Of a stretch of 64,000 nucleotides of DNA, positions 48,960 through 61,053 are shown one piece after another. Both the position numbers and the translations under genes were made by a program. Source of the stretch: Dictyostelium discoideum (Eukaryota); NCBI GenBank assembly GCA_000004695.1, contig CM000152.2, forward strand, positions 4,192,001 through 4,256,000. The letters run 5' to 3'. The number at the start of each line of letters is the position of its first letter. The first letter of the stretch is position 1. Under the pieces are notes generated by a model. The model ran no database searches. It was not told the origin of the DNA and was given only the letters and a program-made list of their open reading frames with translations.

Positions 48960-49982
48960 TGTTCAGTTAAAATTTTAATAAAAGTCTTTAACTACATCTG
49001 AACGAGATATCATCTGAAAGATTGAAATTGTGATTTAAATCTATTCGTAGTTTTTTAAAAGGAGAGGTGGAAAGTAGAGACAGATAAAATAATAATAAAA
49101 ATTCATTCATTTTCTTAAACATAAAATATATCATATTAATTTTATTATTTTATTATTTATCAAGGATTTTACCAATCTCTATCGAGTATGGATTTAAGTT
49201 TGTTTAGTTTGGAAGATGTTGAAAATTAGTATTCAAATTGGGCTAACAGTGCTCTTTGTAGTTGCTAGGGTTAAAGAATTATCCTCAAAGGAATGCAATT
49301 TTTCTCTTAGATTGGTTTATTGGCTGCACACACATCGTTAATATACTCACAATCCCAATAACTCCACAATCCTACAAAGACAAAACCCCTATATACATGA
49401 TCCAGCCGATTTACCATTATATACTCCGGCCCCCAAAACAACCTATAACCGATTACTAATCCTAAATTTACTGGTTATACTTTCATAAATCTATTCAAAA
49501 ACATTCTCAAAATGTAGTAAAACTCATTTCATTCTAGATGCCTACCTATTAACCAACATGACCAACTTTGCCATCTCTACAATGAAGACATGCCCGATCT
49601 ATCTGGTCCCCTCTTCTTAGAGTGACACACGAATATTACAATTCATAAACTTTAAGGAGATTAAAACAGTAATCATTGATCTCACAGACTCATTATTTAT
49701 ACCTTGTATTATAATTATTATGAAACAACCACCTAAAACCATCACAAAAGATAAATTGAAATCAGATTTCATTGTCCATACCCAACCCTTCTATTAAATA
49801 GTGCAAACTACACTAGAATATAAAATAAAAAAATTGAAATTTTCTCTTTCAAAAGATCCAAGTAATTTTAGATATTTTTACCTAAAAAAAAAGATCAAGA
49901 AAATGTCATACCATCTTCAATAACCTATTTAATGATTTAATCAAAAAACAATATTAAAACTGGTAAGAATTGAGTTAATAGT

Positions 49983-50016
<34 letters not shown>

Positions 50017-50041
50017 TTGGTAAAAAAAAAAAAAAAAAAAA
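48960..50041. mobile_element. Candidate 5'-truncated non-LTR retroelement remnant (TRE3-like position), non-coding and GC-richer, ending in a 24-nt poly(A).
   Basis: About 1 kb of ~35-40% GC DNA without any long ORF begins ~100 bp downstream of tRNA-Gly, the characteristic TRE3 insertion distance in Dictyostelium (established knowledge). It ends in (A)24 at 50018-50041. The 14-mer AATATTGGTAAAAA occurs just before and 14 nt after the poly(A). I cannot confirm the element family from memory. Confidence 0.3.
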
Positions 50042-50187
50042 AAAAGTAGTTTAATATTGGTAAAAATGAATAACCAAATGACAATAATAAAGTTACCAAA
50101 TGGTTTTTTTTTTTTTTTTTTTATTTATTTTAGATTTAAAACAAAGGAAAAAAAAAAAAATAATAAAAATAGAAACAAGAATTCTTT

Positions 50188-50220
<33 letters not shown>

Positions 50221-50260
50221 TTAATTTTGGGAAAAAAAAAAATAAAAATAAATCTATGAT

Positions 50261-51201
50261 TTAAATTTCATTATCATAATCATTTTCATCATAATAATCG
50301 TCATCGATTTCATATTCATCATGATCATATTCATCACCGCTTTTTGATTTTCTATTACTTCTATTGAAACCATGATAATCATCGAAATCGTCATAACCTT
50401 CATCATCATCTTCGCTTGATGGATATTCCCTATACCAATTTTCTGAATCTACACTAAAGTCATCTGATAAACCACCATCTAAAATGTCATAAAAATCATC
50501 TTCAGGTGGCAAGGTTACAGTTTCAATTAAATCTGAATGCTCTTCATTTAATCTTAACAATTGTGATTGTTGATCAATTGATGGATTAAAATAATAATAA
50601 TCATAAACATATTTGGTTTCCATTGGTTTACTACTACTATCGTTAGGACCACCCAAATGTTCGTCCAATAATGTTCTATAATTTGAAATTAATTCCTCCT
50701 CTTCCTTTGATAGTGTTGAACCTAATAAATTATTTGGATCCAATATAGTTCTTTCCAATTCAATAACATCATGATCTTGAAATAATTTTCTTTCTTCTTT
50801 ACTAAATAAATTTCTATTTGTATTAATTTGTTTATATCTTGATTCTTTTCTTTTTTTCTATTTAAATAAAATTAAATAAAAAATTAATAAAAAAAAAAAA
50901 AAAAAAAAAAAAAGTATGTTGAATAATAATAAAAATCAAAAAAAAAATACAAACAATTGCTTTTTCTCTTTTGGATTCTAATTGTTTTGGTGAAGATATA
51001 ACACCTTTTTGATTAAACTCTTCAATTCTTTGTTGAAGTTTAGTTAATAATACATTAGTGCCATTTGATGGTACATCGAGTGTTGTAATCAATGTAAATA
51101 ATTTTCTATCCTTTTCTGGTAAATTTGATTTGTTTGGTGTTGTTATTTTATCATTATTATTACTATTATCATTATTATTATTGTTGTTGTTGTTGTTATT
51201 C

Positions 51202-51251
<50 letters not shown>

Positions 51252-51538
51252 ATTGTTATTTTCTTTTGAAGTTTCTATATCATTTGGTAATTTATGATTA
51301 TCATTATCATCATCATTATTTTGAATTCCAAAATCTTTAAATGAATCTAAAAATGCTTTTTTTCTTGGTCTTTCAATAAATATTGATGGTAGTGCATCAT
51401 CATCTATCTTTCTTTTAATCTTTAAAATTACTGGTTTATTTGCTTTATTTATATTTTGTTGTTGTTGCTGTTGTTGAAGTTGTTGTATTTCTTTTTGAAT
51501 TTTTTGTTGTCTTTCTTCATCTTCTTTATCTTTACGAC

Positions 51539-51599
<61 letters not shown>

Positions 51600-51821
51600 G
51601 TTACCATTTATATTATCATTATCATTTCTTGAAGAAATTTCAAATTTTGTTGGATTTAAAACCATTTCTGTTAATAAATCATTATTAATATTATTCTTTG
51701 TTCTTTGTTTTGGTATATTTGGTGTAAATATCTTTTTAGCCGACGATGACTTTTTTTGAGGTGTTATTATTTGATTATCATTTTCTTGTTTATTATTTGC
51801 ATTTATTGTTGAAGATTTCAT
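50261..51821 (-). CDS. Low-complexity Asn/Lys/Gln-rich protein with a very acidic C-terminus (nucleolar-like). Probably 2 exons: 51821..50955 and 50857..50261.
   Basis: ORF 50862..51821 (MKSSTINANNKQENDNQ...) is followed by a candidate unusual donor ATT|GTTTGT (50954) and an A/T intron ending AAATAG (50858). The downstream frame is open from 50857 with no ATG before ...LERTILDPNNLLG..., which argues for a single spliced gene. The C-terminus reads DDDEGYDDFDDYHGF...DEYDHDEYEIDDDYYDENDYDNEI. The GTTTGT donor is atypical, so the junction is uncertain. Confidence 0.45.
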
Positions 51822-52318
51822 AATATAATTTTAATTATTTATTTATTTGAATTTTTATTTACACGTTCGTATGTTCAACAAAATGAAAATAAAAATTAAA
51901 AAATTAAAAAAAAAAATAAAAATAAAAATAAAAATAAAAATAAAAAAATAAAAAAAAAAATTAAAAATTAAAAAAATAAAAAAAAAAATTAATTAAAAAA
52001 TAAAAAAAATTAGATCTATTGTTGTTGTTATTATTATTATAATTAAAATTTCTCAAACGAAGAAAAAAATTAAAAAAAAAAAAAAGACGAGAGGGAGGGA
52101 TATTTAATATAAAAATTAATTAAAAAAAAAATATGAAAAAAAAGAAAAATATAAAAAAAAAATAAAAAAAAAAGTTTTTTTGTTTTAATTTTTTATTTTT
52201 TTATTTTTTTTTTATATCGCACATATAAATATAAAATATAAATTTGTTTATTTCTTCTTCTATTCACTATTTAAAAATAAAAAATAATAATAATAAAAAA
52301 AAAAAAAAAAAAAAGGAA

Positions 52319-52703
52319 ATGGATGACAGTAGTGTATTATTATTAGATGAGGAGTTAAAAAAGATAAATGAAAAGTTTCAAGCAGGTGAAATGAAAGCGT
52401 TTGGTTTAAATCAACAAAAGATTTTAAAAGATTTTCAAGAAATTAGAAAACAACAAGCTCAATTATCGATGAAACAAGTATCAATTGGTTCAGAAAGAAT
52501 AAAAGTACATGATATTGAAAATATTGGTAAAGAAGATGCTGATACTAATATTTATGATTCAATCAAAGAAAAAGAAGAAGATTTAACAAAATTAACTCAA
52601 ACTTTAAATTCAATTTGTAAAAATATGTATGTTATTAATAATATATCATTTTGTTGTTGTTTTTGTTGATGCATTTATTTTATTTTATTTATTTAATAAC
52701 TAA

Positions 52704-52738
<35 letters not shown>

Positions 52739-52805
52739 AAGTGAAATAACAAACCAATTAGCAAGCCAAAGTGGAAATAAAAATAAAAATCATAATAATA
52801 TTTAA
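52319..52805 (+). CDS. Small coiled-coil protein (~124 aa), 2 exons: 52319..52626 and 52742..52805.
   Basis: ATG at 52319 (MDDSSVLLLDEELKKINEKFQAGEMKAFGLNQQKILKDFQEIRKQQAQL...). The donor at|GTATGT (52627), the TAACTAAC motif and the acceptor (T)n(A)9G at 52741 give ..SICKN-I-EITNQLASQSGNKNKNHNNI-stop. The hydrophobic CCCFC tail of the unspliced ORF is intronic. Confidence 0.5.
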
Positions 52806-53221
52806 ATTTGGTAGAAAAAAAAAAAAATAGTTTACAGAAAACAAGGTTTAATAAGAAAAAAAATTAATCTCAAGGATTCAAGAAATATTTTTTTTTGGTC
52901 GCAGTTATAACGATTCTTTTTTTTTTTTAGCGCCTCAAAAAAAAAGATTGCCCCAAAGTTCTAAGAAAAAAAAAAATTATTCAAAATAAAATATTATTTT
53001 TTTTTTTCAATTTTTTTTTTTTTTTTTTTGATTTGGCTGTCATTTTTTTTATAAATAAAATTGGTTTCCTTTTTTTCTTTTACTTTTGTCAATACAATTA
53101 TTATTCTAAACAAATTTTTATATATCTTTTGAAAAAAAAAAAAAATAAAAAAAAGAAAAGAAAAAAAAGAAAAATAAAAAAAAGAAAAAAAAAAACATTT
53201 TTTACATATATATATTTAAAA

Positions 53222-54856
53222 ATGGCTACAGATTATTCAAATATGTCATATTCTCAACTTCAAGGTTTAGCAAAGTCAAATGGTATAAAAGCAAATGGTA
53301 AAAAAGATGAACTCATTGAAAGATTAGAGAAATATGATTCAGAAAGTAAAACAACAACAACTACTACCACCACCACCACTACAAGTTCAACAACATCAAA
53401 GAGAAAGAAAAGAGATGAATCAGAGCCAGAAGAAGATAGTGAAGATGAAGAGATTGAAAAGCCAGTAGCACCAGTTAAAAGAGCACCATCCAAGAAATCA
53501 GCAGCAATTAATAATAAAAAGCGTAGAGCTGAAGAAGAAGAAGAAAAAGAAGAAGAAGGAGAAGAAAAAGAAGATGATGATAATGATGATCATATTATTT
53601 TACCACAAGCCACAGTCACTACTACTACTACAAGTTCAACATCAAATGGAGCACAAATTAAAAAAGTTGGACCATTTGATAAATGTGAAGATGATATTGG
53701 TAAATGGATTAGAGATGAATCTGTTTCTTATTACCTTGGCGAAGTTTTATCAAGATCAAAGATTGCATCATTTGATATGGATAGTACAATGATTAAGAAT
53801 AAATCTGGTAAAGTTCATGCAATAAATAAGGACGATTGGTTATGGTGGGATGAATGTGTTCCAAAGAATCTTAAACAACTTTACAATGATGGTTATCAAG
53901 TTGTTATCTTTACAAATCAAGGTGGTATTGGTCATGGCTCTAAATTTTGTAGAACAAAATTCAATGATATCACAAAGAAGATTGAAATCCTCGAGAAAGA
54001 ATTAGGTTTCCCATTGATTGCATTCATTGCTTGTGCCGATGATGCCAATAGAAAACCAAATAGAAAGATGTGGGACATGATGTACGAGTGTACCGATGGC
54101 AAAGTTGTAATCAACGAAAGTGAATCATTCTATTGTGGTGATGCTGCAGGTCGTCCAGATGGTTGGAAAGCTGGTGTTAAAAAAGATTTCAGTAATAGTG
54201 ATTTAGGTTTCGCCATGACAGTTGGTATTCGTTTTGAAACTCCTGAAACTCATTTCCTTGGTGAAAGTCATTTTGTTTTAGCAGGTGGTGATGATATTGT
54301 CAACTCATTAATTCCAAGTGCTCCAACAAGTGGTAAAAGTTTTGAAAGCGATTCAATCGTCACAAAAGATTTTGAAATGGTTATTTCCGTTGGTTATCCA
54401 GCCGCTGGTAAATCAACTTTTGCTAGAAAATATTTTGGTCCAGCTGGTTATGCAATCATTAATCAAGACACTTTGAAAGATAAAGCCCAATGTTTAAAAG
54501 CTGCCAACGCTGCCCTCGCTCAAGGTAAATCTGTTATCATTGATAATACGAATCCCACTAAAGATGTTCGTGCTGAATACCTTGCTTTAGCTAAAAAATA
54601 CAATGCCAAAGCTCGTTGTTTAAACTTTACAACCTCATTCGATTTAGCTATGCATCTCAACTATTACCGTGAAAGAAAAGATGGTGTCAAACATATCCCA
54701 AGTATAGGTTACTTTACATTTAGAAAGAAATATCAAGAACCAAATACAAGTGAAGGTTTTGTTTCTGTTCATCAAATTAATTTTATACTTGACTTAGATG
54801 ATAAAAATAAATCAATGTACTTTATTCCAAATCCAAAAGCTAAAGCTAAAAAATAA
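53222..54856 (+). CDS. Bifunctional polynucleotide kinase/3'-phosphatase (PNKP-like): N-terminal SAP motif, acidic linker, HAD-type 3'-phosphatase domain and a C-terminal P-loop 5'-kinase.
   Basis: ATG at 53222. The SAP-like motif is SYSQLQGLAKSNGIKANGKKDELIERL. The HAD motifs are FDMDSTMI (DxDxT), VVIFTNQGG and CGDAAGR. The Walker A is VISVGYPAAGKSTF, followed by ..VIIDNTNP... Domain order and motifs match the PNKP family (established knowledge). Single exon. Confidence 0.75.
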   Translation: MATDYSNMSYSQLQGLAKSNGIKANGKKDELIERLEKYDSESKTTTTTTTTTTTSSTTSKRKKRDESEPEEDSEDEEIEKPVAPVKRAPSKKSAAINNKKRRAEEEEEKEEEGEEKEDDDNDDHIILPQATVTTTTTSSTSNGAQIKKVGPFDKCEDDIGKWIRDESVSYYLGEVLSRSKIASFDMDSTMIKNKSGKVHAINKDDWLWWDECVPKNLKQLYNDGYQVVIFTNQGGIGHGSKFCRTKFNDITKKIEILEKELGFPLIAFIACADDANRKPNRKMWDMMYECTDGKVVINESESFYCGDAAGRPDGWKAGVKKDFSNSDLGFAMTVGIRFETPETHFLGESHFVLAGGDDIVNSLIPSAPTSGKSFESDSIVTKDFEMVISVGYPAAGKSTFARKYFGPAGYAIINQDTLKDKAQCLKAANAALAQGKSVIIDNTNPTKDVRAEYLALAKKYNAKARCLNFTTSFDLAMHLNYYRERKDGVKHIPSIGYFTFRKKYQEPNTSEGFVSVHQINFILDLDDKNKSMYFIPNPKAKAKK

Positions 54857-55159
54857 AATAAAATAAAATAAAATAATAAAAAAAAAATTTGTAATTTAGA
54901 ATTCAATTTTCCTTTAAATTTGTTTTAATCATAATTAATTTTAAAATATAGTGCAGTAATTGTTATAATTTTTTTTTTTTTAAAAAATCAAATAATAAGA
55001 TTGTAATTGATTAGATGAATTGGTAAAAGGAGATAAGATTAGAAAGCACTGATTCTAGAACACAGTACTTTGCAAGTTATATTTATGTTAACTGGACAAG
55101 AGTCGAACTTATGTTCTTTTTCCGGAAGTTCCGAGAATATTGGTTTGTAGAAAAATATA

Positions 55160-55230
55160 TGCGTATGCCGGGAATCGAACCCGGTTCAACTGCTTGGAAG
55201 GCAGCTATCATACCACTAGACCACATACGC
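55160..55230 (-). tRNA. tRNA-Gly (anticodon UCC), second copy in inverted orientation.
   Basis: Exact reverse complement of the 48788..48858 tRNA (TGCGTATGCCGGGAATCGAACCCGGTTCAACTGCTTGGAAGGCAGCTATCATACCACTAGACCACATACGC). Confidence 0.9.
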
Positions 55231-55787
55231 TATGTTGATGAGATTTTGGGGTAAATGCCCGAATAAGTTTTAAAAAAATTATTGATGATTTTGATTGATT
55301 AAATTTTTTTTGGTGATGTAGAAAAATTTTATATTAAAAATTTAGGGGAAATAATAATTTGTTTGATTATGTATTTTTTATCTTACAAATACCAAATTAT
55401 AAAACTCAAACTCCCTTTAAACCAATTTCAATAAAGTACTCAACAAAACTCAATTTGGGTTTTACTTTTTTGACATTTAACCAAAATGAAAATATTTTTT
55501 TTTTTTTCAACTTAAAAAGTCACAACTTTCAATCACGATTTAAATAAATTTAAAAATCCATTTTAATGGTTTGGTTTTTATTTTATTTTTAAAAAAAAAA
55601 AAAAATAAAAAAATAAAAAAAAAAAAAAAAATGGCCAAGAATAATAAATTGGTTTTTTTTTTTGGTTTTTAGATAAACCTTTCAAATAAAATTTAATTAA
55701 ATTTTTTTTTAAAATATTATTGGTCCTGAGGAAACTAATGGAAAAAAAAAAAAAAAAAAAAAATTATCAGTATAATTTATATAAAAC

Positions 55788-58700
55788 ATGATAGAGAAAA
55801 GATCATTTTATTTCTTTTTATTTTTATTTATTTCATTTTTAATTTTTAACACTAATGCATTAGTTTTGTCTCAAAGTGAAAAAAATTGTTTATTATCACT
55901 TAATGGAAAAATTGGGAACACAAATCCAAATAATAATGATGGAGATCTTTGTTCTGAAATTCCTAATATAAAATGTATTGGCGAAAATGTTGTTGAATTA
56001 TCCTTTACTCAAATTAATACAGAAGTTATAAATGCATTAGATTTTAATTGTTTTTCAAGTTTATCAAAAGTGTAGGTTTTTTTTTTAAAAAGAAAAAATA
56101 TTGATTTAAAAAAATGGTATTAATAGTTTTTATTTTTTTTTTTCATATTTTTTTTTGTTTTTTTGTTTTTTTTTTTTTTGTTTTGTTTTTTTTAATTAAA
56201 AAAAAAAAAAAGAACATTAAATAACTTTTTCCTTGCAGAGGATTTCTTAACAAATAATCCCTTTCAAATCAATAATGTATCACTAAGTTTAATTGGTTCG
56301 ACTAGTGGTTTTAAAATTGATAAAATAATTTCATCAAAAATTAGTTATTTAGATATAAACCTAATAACAGAGGACTCAATTTTATTGAGTTATTTTATCA
56401 ATGTCAAAATATTGTAAGTTTTAATATTCAAAAAAAAATAAAAAATAAAAAAAATAAAAAAAAAATTAATTTAAATTATTTTAGAAATATTAAGGGTGCA
56501 ACTGGTCAAATAAATTTTGGAACAGAAACTTCAGATAATGAAGAAATTTATTTAGTTGGTAATAGTATTGCTATTTCATCACCATCAAGAATTGGTCTTT
56601 CAAATTATTCAAAATTAAAAATATTAAATATTGAAACATCAACAGATTTTAAAATTAATGATGGAAATTTTCAATTTATTAATGCACCTAGTTCACTTTA
56701 TAATTTTAAATTAAAAGGGTCAACATTTACAAATTTGGTTTCAGCATTTTCAGTTTTAAATAAAGTTAGTTCGATTGGAATTTCAAATAATTTAATTTCA
56801 ACTACTTTACCAACAACTCATCAATTAACAATTTCTCCATCATTAAATGTTGATTTATCAAATAATCAATTAACTGGTACAATTTCTCAAGATTATTGTT
56901 CAATTTCAAAAATTAATTTTTCATCAAATAAATTAACAGGGTAATTATTTAAAATTAATAATAATAATATAATAAATAATTCTAATTCTAATATATTAAT
57001 TTTTAATTTTATTTTAGAAATATTCCAAATTGTTTTACATGTTTTATGGATAGTGCAATGATTTTAAATTTTAATGGTAATAGTTTTACAGGTTTAAAAG
57101 AAGTAACAACCTATTGTAATGAAATTATACCAAAATTAAGATATGTAAAAGAGAGTAATAAAATTTATTTAGAAGGAACAAATTTAGGATTTAATGAAAA
57201 TATAGTTTCTAATCCAGTATTAACTTGGAAGATGCAAACCCCATCAAGTGTATTTGTTGCAGATACTATTAATAGCTACACAGATTCACAATTATTTACA
57301 GTGAATTTTCCAATTGCAAAAGCTTCATTTACAATTAGATTAGTAGAAGCAACACCAGTCGTTACAAGTATTATTGTATCTGCAAGTAAAGTATTAACAA
57401 TCCAAGGTAGTGATTTTTCAAATCATTTAAGTTTAACAAATGTAAAATTAAAAAAAAAAGGTGCAACCACTGATATAACATGTACAATCAATTCTTCAAG
57501 TTTTAATAAAATTGAATGTACTTGTAGTTCATTAGTATTTAGTTCAACCGATATTTATACATTGACTATAATAACATCTAATCAACTCTCAAAGGAAATT
57601 ACAACAAAATTTTCAGGTGCAACAACTATTTCAAGTTTACCATGTACAAATAATTGTTTCTCAAGAGGTACATGTTTATTTGATGGAACATGTGATTGTA
57701 ATGCTAATTCCACCACAAATAGTGATTGTAGTGAATGTATTTTTAATCATTATGGACCAACTTGTAGTTTAACATGTCCAATTGGTACCAATGGTAAAAT
57801 ATGTAGTGGTTATACATGTTTTACAAACAATGTAACATGTTCATGTATTGAAGATCAAGCCAATGGTAATGCATGTCAAAATAAAGTTTGTCCTAGTGGT
57901 TGTAGTGGTCATGGTACTTGTGATTCTTTAACAGGTGTTTGTTCTTGTTCAAATGGTTTTTATGGTACCGATTGCTCTAAAAAATCTTGTCCTATTGCTC
58001 CTAATGGATATGGATGCAGTGGTAATGTCAATGGAAAATGTAATGATGATGGTACATGTACTTGTAATTCACCATACTTTGGAAAAGATTGTTCATCTAT
58101 TCCATGTCCAGTATCAAATCAAAAGGAATGCGGTGGTAATGGTGCTTGTACATACTCAAATGGTACATGTAAATGTAACCCTGATTTCTATGAAGCTGAT
58201 TGTTCAAAAAAACATTGTCCTGTTGGTCCAAATAAATATGAATGTAGTGGTTATTTAAATGGAATATGTAAAGATAATGGTGCATGTACTTGTATCTCAC
58301 CCTACTATGGAACCAATTGTAGTCTTTCCCCATGTCCAAATTCATGTAGTGGAAATGGTAATTGTAATGGTGAAACTGGTAAATGTACTTGTGCTCATAA
58401 TTTCTATGAAGCAGATTGCTCAAAGAAACATTGCCCTACTGGTACCAATGAATTAGAATGTAGTGGTAATGTAAATGGAATATGTAATAACAATGGTACA
58501 TGTACTTGTAAACCACCCTATTTCGGAAATAATTGTGGCTCTATACCATGTCCAACTTCAAACACTCTATCATGTAGTGGTAATGGTAATTGTAATAATG
58601 TAACTGGTGTATGTAGTTGTAACAAAGATTTCTATCAATCCGATTGCTCAAAGAAACATTGCCCCGTTGGTGCCAATGGATTTGAATGTAGTGGTTATTT

Positions 58701-60597
58701 AAATGGAATATGTAATGACAATGGTGAATGTTCTTGTATTCCACCCTATTATGAAAAAGATTGTGGATATATACTTTGTCCAATTTCCAACTCTCTATCA
58801 TGTGGTGGTAATGGTAATTGTAATAATTTAACTGGTGTATGTAGTTGTAACACTGATTACTACGAATCAGATTGTTCAAAAAAACGTTGTCCCACTGGTT
58901 CAAATGGATTTGAATGTAGTGGTAATACCAATGGAAGATGTGATTCTGAAAGTGGTGAATGTGAATGTAATTCTGATCGTCAAGGTATCGATTGTGGTAC
59001 TGGTTTTCGTCAATGCCCAATCTATCAAGATCAATTATGTAATGGTAAATCATGTAATAATCAAACGGGTATATGTTCATGTGATCCAGGTGTGACGTTA
59101 CCAGATTGTAGTGGTGTTGCTTGTCCATCAACTTGTTCCAATGGTGCATATTGTGATATTTCAATTGGTCATTGTAAATGTGGACCCAGTTGGACTGGTA
59201 GTGATTGTAATGTACCACTTCATTATATTACCTCAATTGAACCATGTTCTACCAAAGGCGGTAAAGTTACATTCTATGGTTGGTTTGGTGATATTCACAA
59301 TTTAATTTCAATTAGTATTGGTGGTACAAGATGTACTAATATTGTAGAAACCAATCAAACGATTACATGTGAAATTGGAGCTGGTACAGGTTTAAAAGAT
59401 GTTCTTTTACTTCAAAATGGTGTTAGTGTTTTATCAAAGAATTCATTTAGATATTTAAATACTGAAGAATCAATATCATGTTTAAATGATTGTTCTGATA
59501 ATGGTGAATGCTCAACAACTTATGGTATTTGTAAATGTAAAATTGAAAAAATTGGATTTGATTGTTCAGCTAGAAAACCTCAAGATTTAATAACTCCATC
59601 ACCAACTCCATCAATATCTTCTTCTTCATCATCCTCTGATAATTCAACTTTAGAAATTGTACCAATTTCAATAACAAATATTGATTTCAAAAATGGAGAA
59701 ATTTTAATATCAAATGAAGATACTTCATTTACAATTTTATTAGATTCATTGGTTGAATTAGATTATAATGGTGATGTAGTTAAAACTACAATACTTAGAA
59801 ATAAATGGATTGGTTCTCAAGATCCTAATACTGAAAAATATAGTTTCTCACAATCAGTTTCTACTTTTAATGGAATATCAGGTAAAATTCAATTCGATGT
59901 AGAAGTTGTAAAAGATGATATTAAACAATATCAATTTGCAGGTTTAAATTTACCACTCGATAAAGATGGTATTGAAATCGTTGTAAATATTACAAATTAT
60001 CAATTCCTAAGTGGATTAAATACTTTACAATTGCGTTTCAATTCATTTGCCAATGAAATTGTTATTAAAGATAGTGATGACGATGATGAAGATTCCGATA
60101 GTTCAACAATAAATTATGATAATGGATGTAATGAAAGAGAAGCTGAAATTGATACAAAAAATATTGACCCTTCAAAAACTTTAAACTATATTTCAATTAA
60201 AAAGAATTCAAAGGTACTCTTTGGTAGATTCATTAATATTGCCATCTCTGATTCAAGACAAACTTTTATTACAAGTGAAATTATTGAAGAAAATACAAAT
60301 TCTTCAGCTATTACAATTGGTATTAATTTACCTCATTGTGTTGATTCATGTTTTATAGATCCTCAATTCACACTCTCACCAGATTATTCAACTTATAAAT
60401 TCTCATGTGTCGTTATAATTGTACCTCCTTCCAGAGTTTGGATAATTGTAATTGTTGTGGTTATACCTACCATTATTGCTTCGGTTGCTCTTTATTTTGG
60501 TATTAGATATTATAAAAAAAATAGATATTCAATTAGACTATATACTATGAAAAAATCAAGTGCTATTAAAAAGAAAATTACATTAAAAAAAAGTTAA
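55788..60597 (+). CDS. Giant (~1496 aa) type-I membrane protein: signal peptide, leucine-rich repeats, ~14 EGF/tenascin-like Cys-rich modules, TM helix and a short Lys-rich tail. 4 exons: 55788..56069, 56241..56413, 56485..56940, 57018..60597.
   Basis: ATG at 55788 (MIEKRSFYFFLFLFISFLIFNTNA). The only frame-compatible first donor is the unusual AAA|GTGTAG at 56070, paired with the acceptor GCAGAG at 56240. The remaining junctions are tt|GTAAGT (56414)/TTTTAG (56484) and gg|GTAATT (56941)/TTTTAG (57017); all keep one frame into ORF 57046..60597. LRR motifs include LSNNQLTGTISQDYCSISKINFSSNKLTG-NIPNCF. The repeated module is C..G.NG.C....G.C.C...Y.G.DCS. The TM helix is VWIIVIVVVIPTIIASVALYFGI. 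Confidence 0.6.
57900..58990 (+). repeat. Coding tandem repeat: ~240-bp units, each encoding two EGF-like modules, about 4-5 imperfect copies.
   Basis: Phrases recur at ~240-bp spacing, e.g. gattgctcaaagaaacattgcc...gaatgtagtggttatttaaatggaatatgta and ..ccatgtccaa..tcatgtagtggtaatggtaattgtaat.. near 58200, 58440, 58680 and 58900. The alternative-frame ORFs 57935.., 58097.., 58259.., 58541.. and 58835.. are by-products. Confidence 0.7.
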
Positions 60598-60917
60598 TAA
60601 ATAAAAATAATAATAATAATAATAAATTTAAAAATAATAATAATAAAAGAATTGTATAATATTTGTTCAACCCCATTTTAAAAAAGGAAAAATTTAAATT
60701 ATTAATAGATTTAAATTTTAATTTATATCTATTTAAAAAAAAAAAAAAAAAAAAAAAACATTTTTTTATTTTTTTATTATTCTTTTTATTTTTTTTGTGA
60801 TTAATAATTCATTCTTTTCCTTTTTATTTCAATTTTACTCTTTTTCTAACAAATGATTATTATTATTTCAATTTTAATTAATTTAAAAAAAAAAAAAAAT
60901 TAATTAATTAATGAAAA

Positions 60918-60962
<45 letters not shown>

Positions 60963-61053
60963 TAAAAGATAAATTAAAAATATTAATTAATCATTTTATA
61001 AATTAAAAAAAAAAGTATTAATTTAAAAACAACAAAAAACAACATTTTAAAAA

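Noticed and set aside
49262-49459. 65-aa plus-strand ORF inside the GC-richer block downstream of tRNA-Gly
   Set aside because: It is short, has no codon bias and no homology I can recognise, and sits within the putative retroelement remnant.
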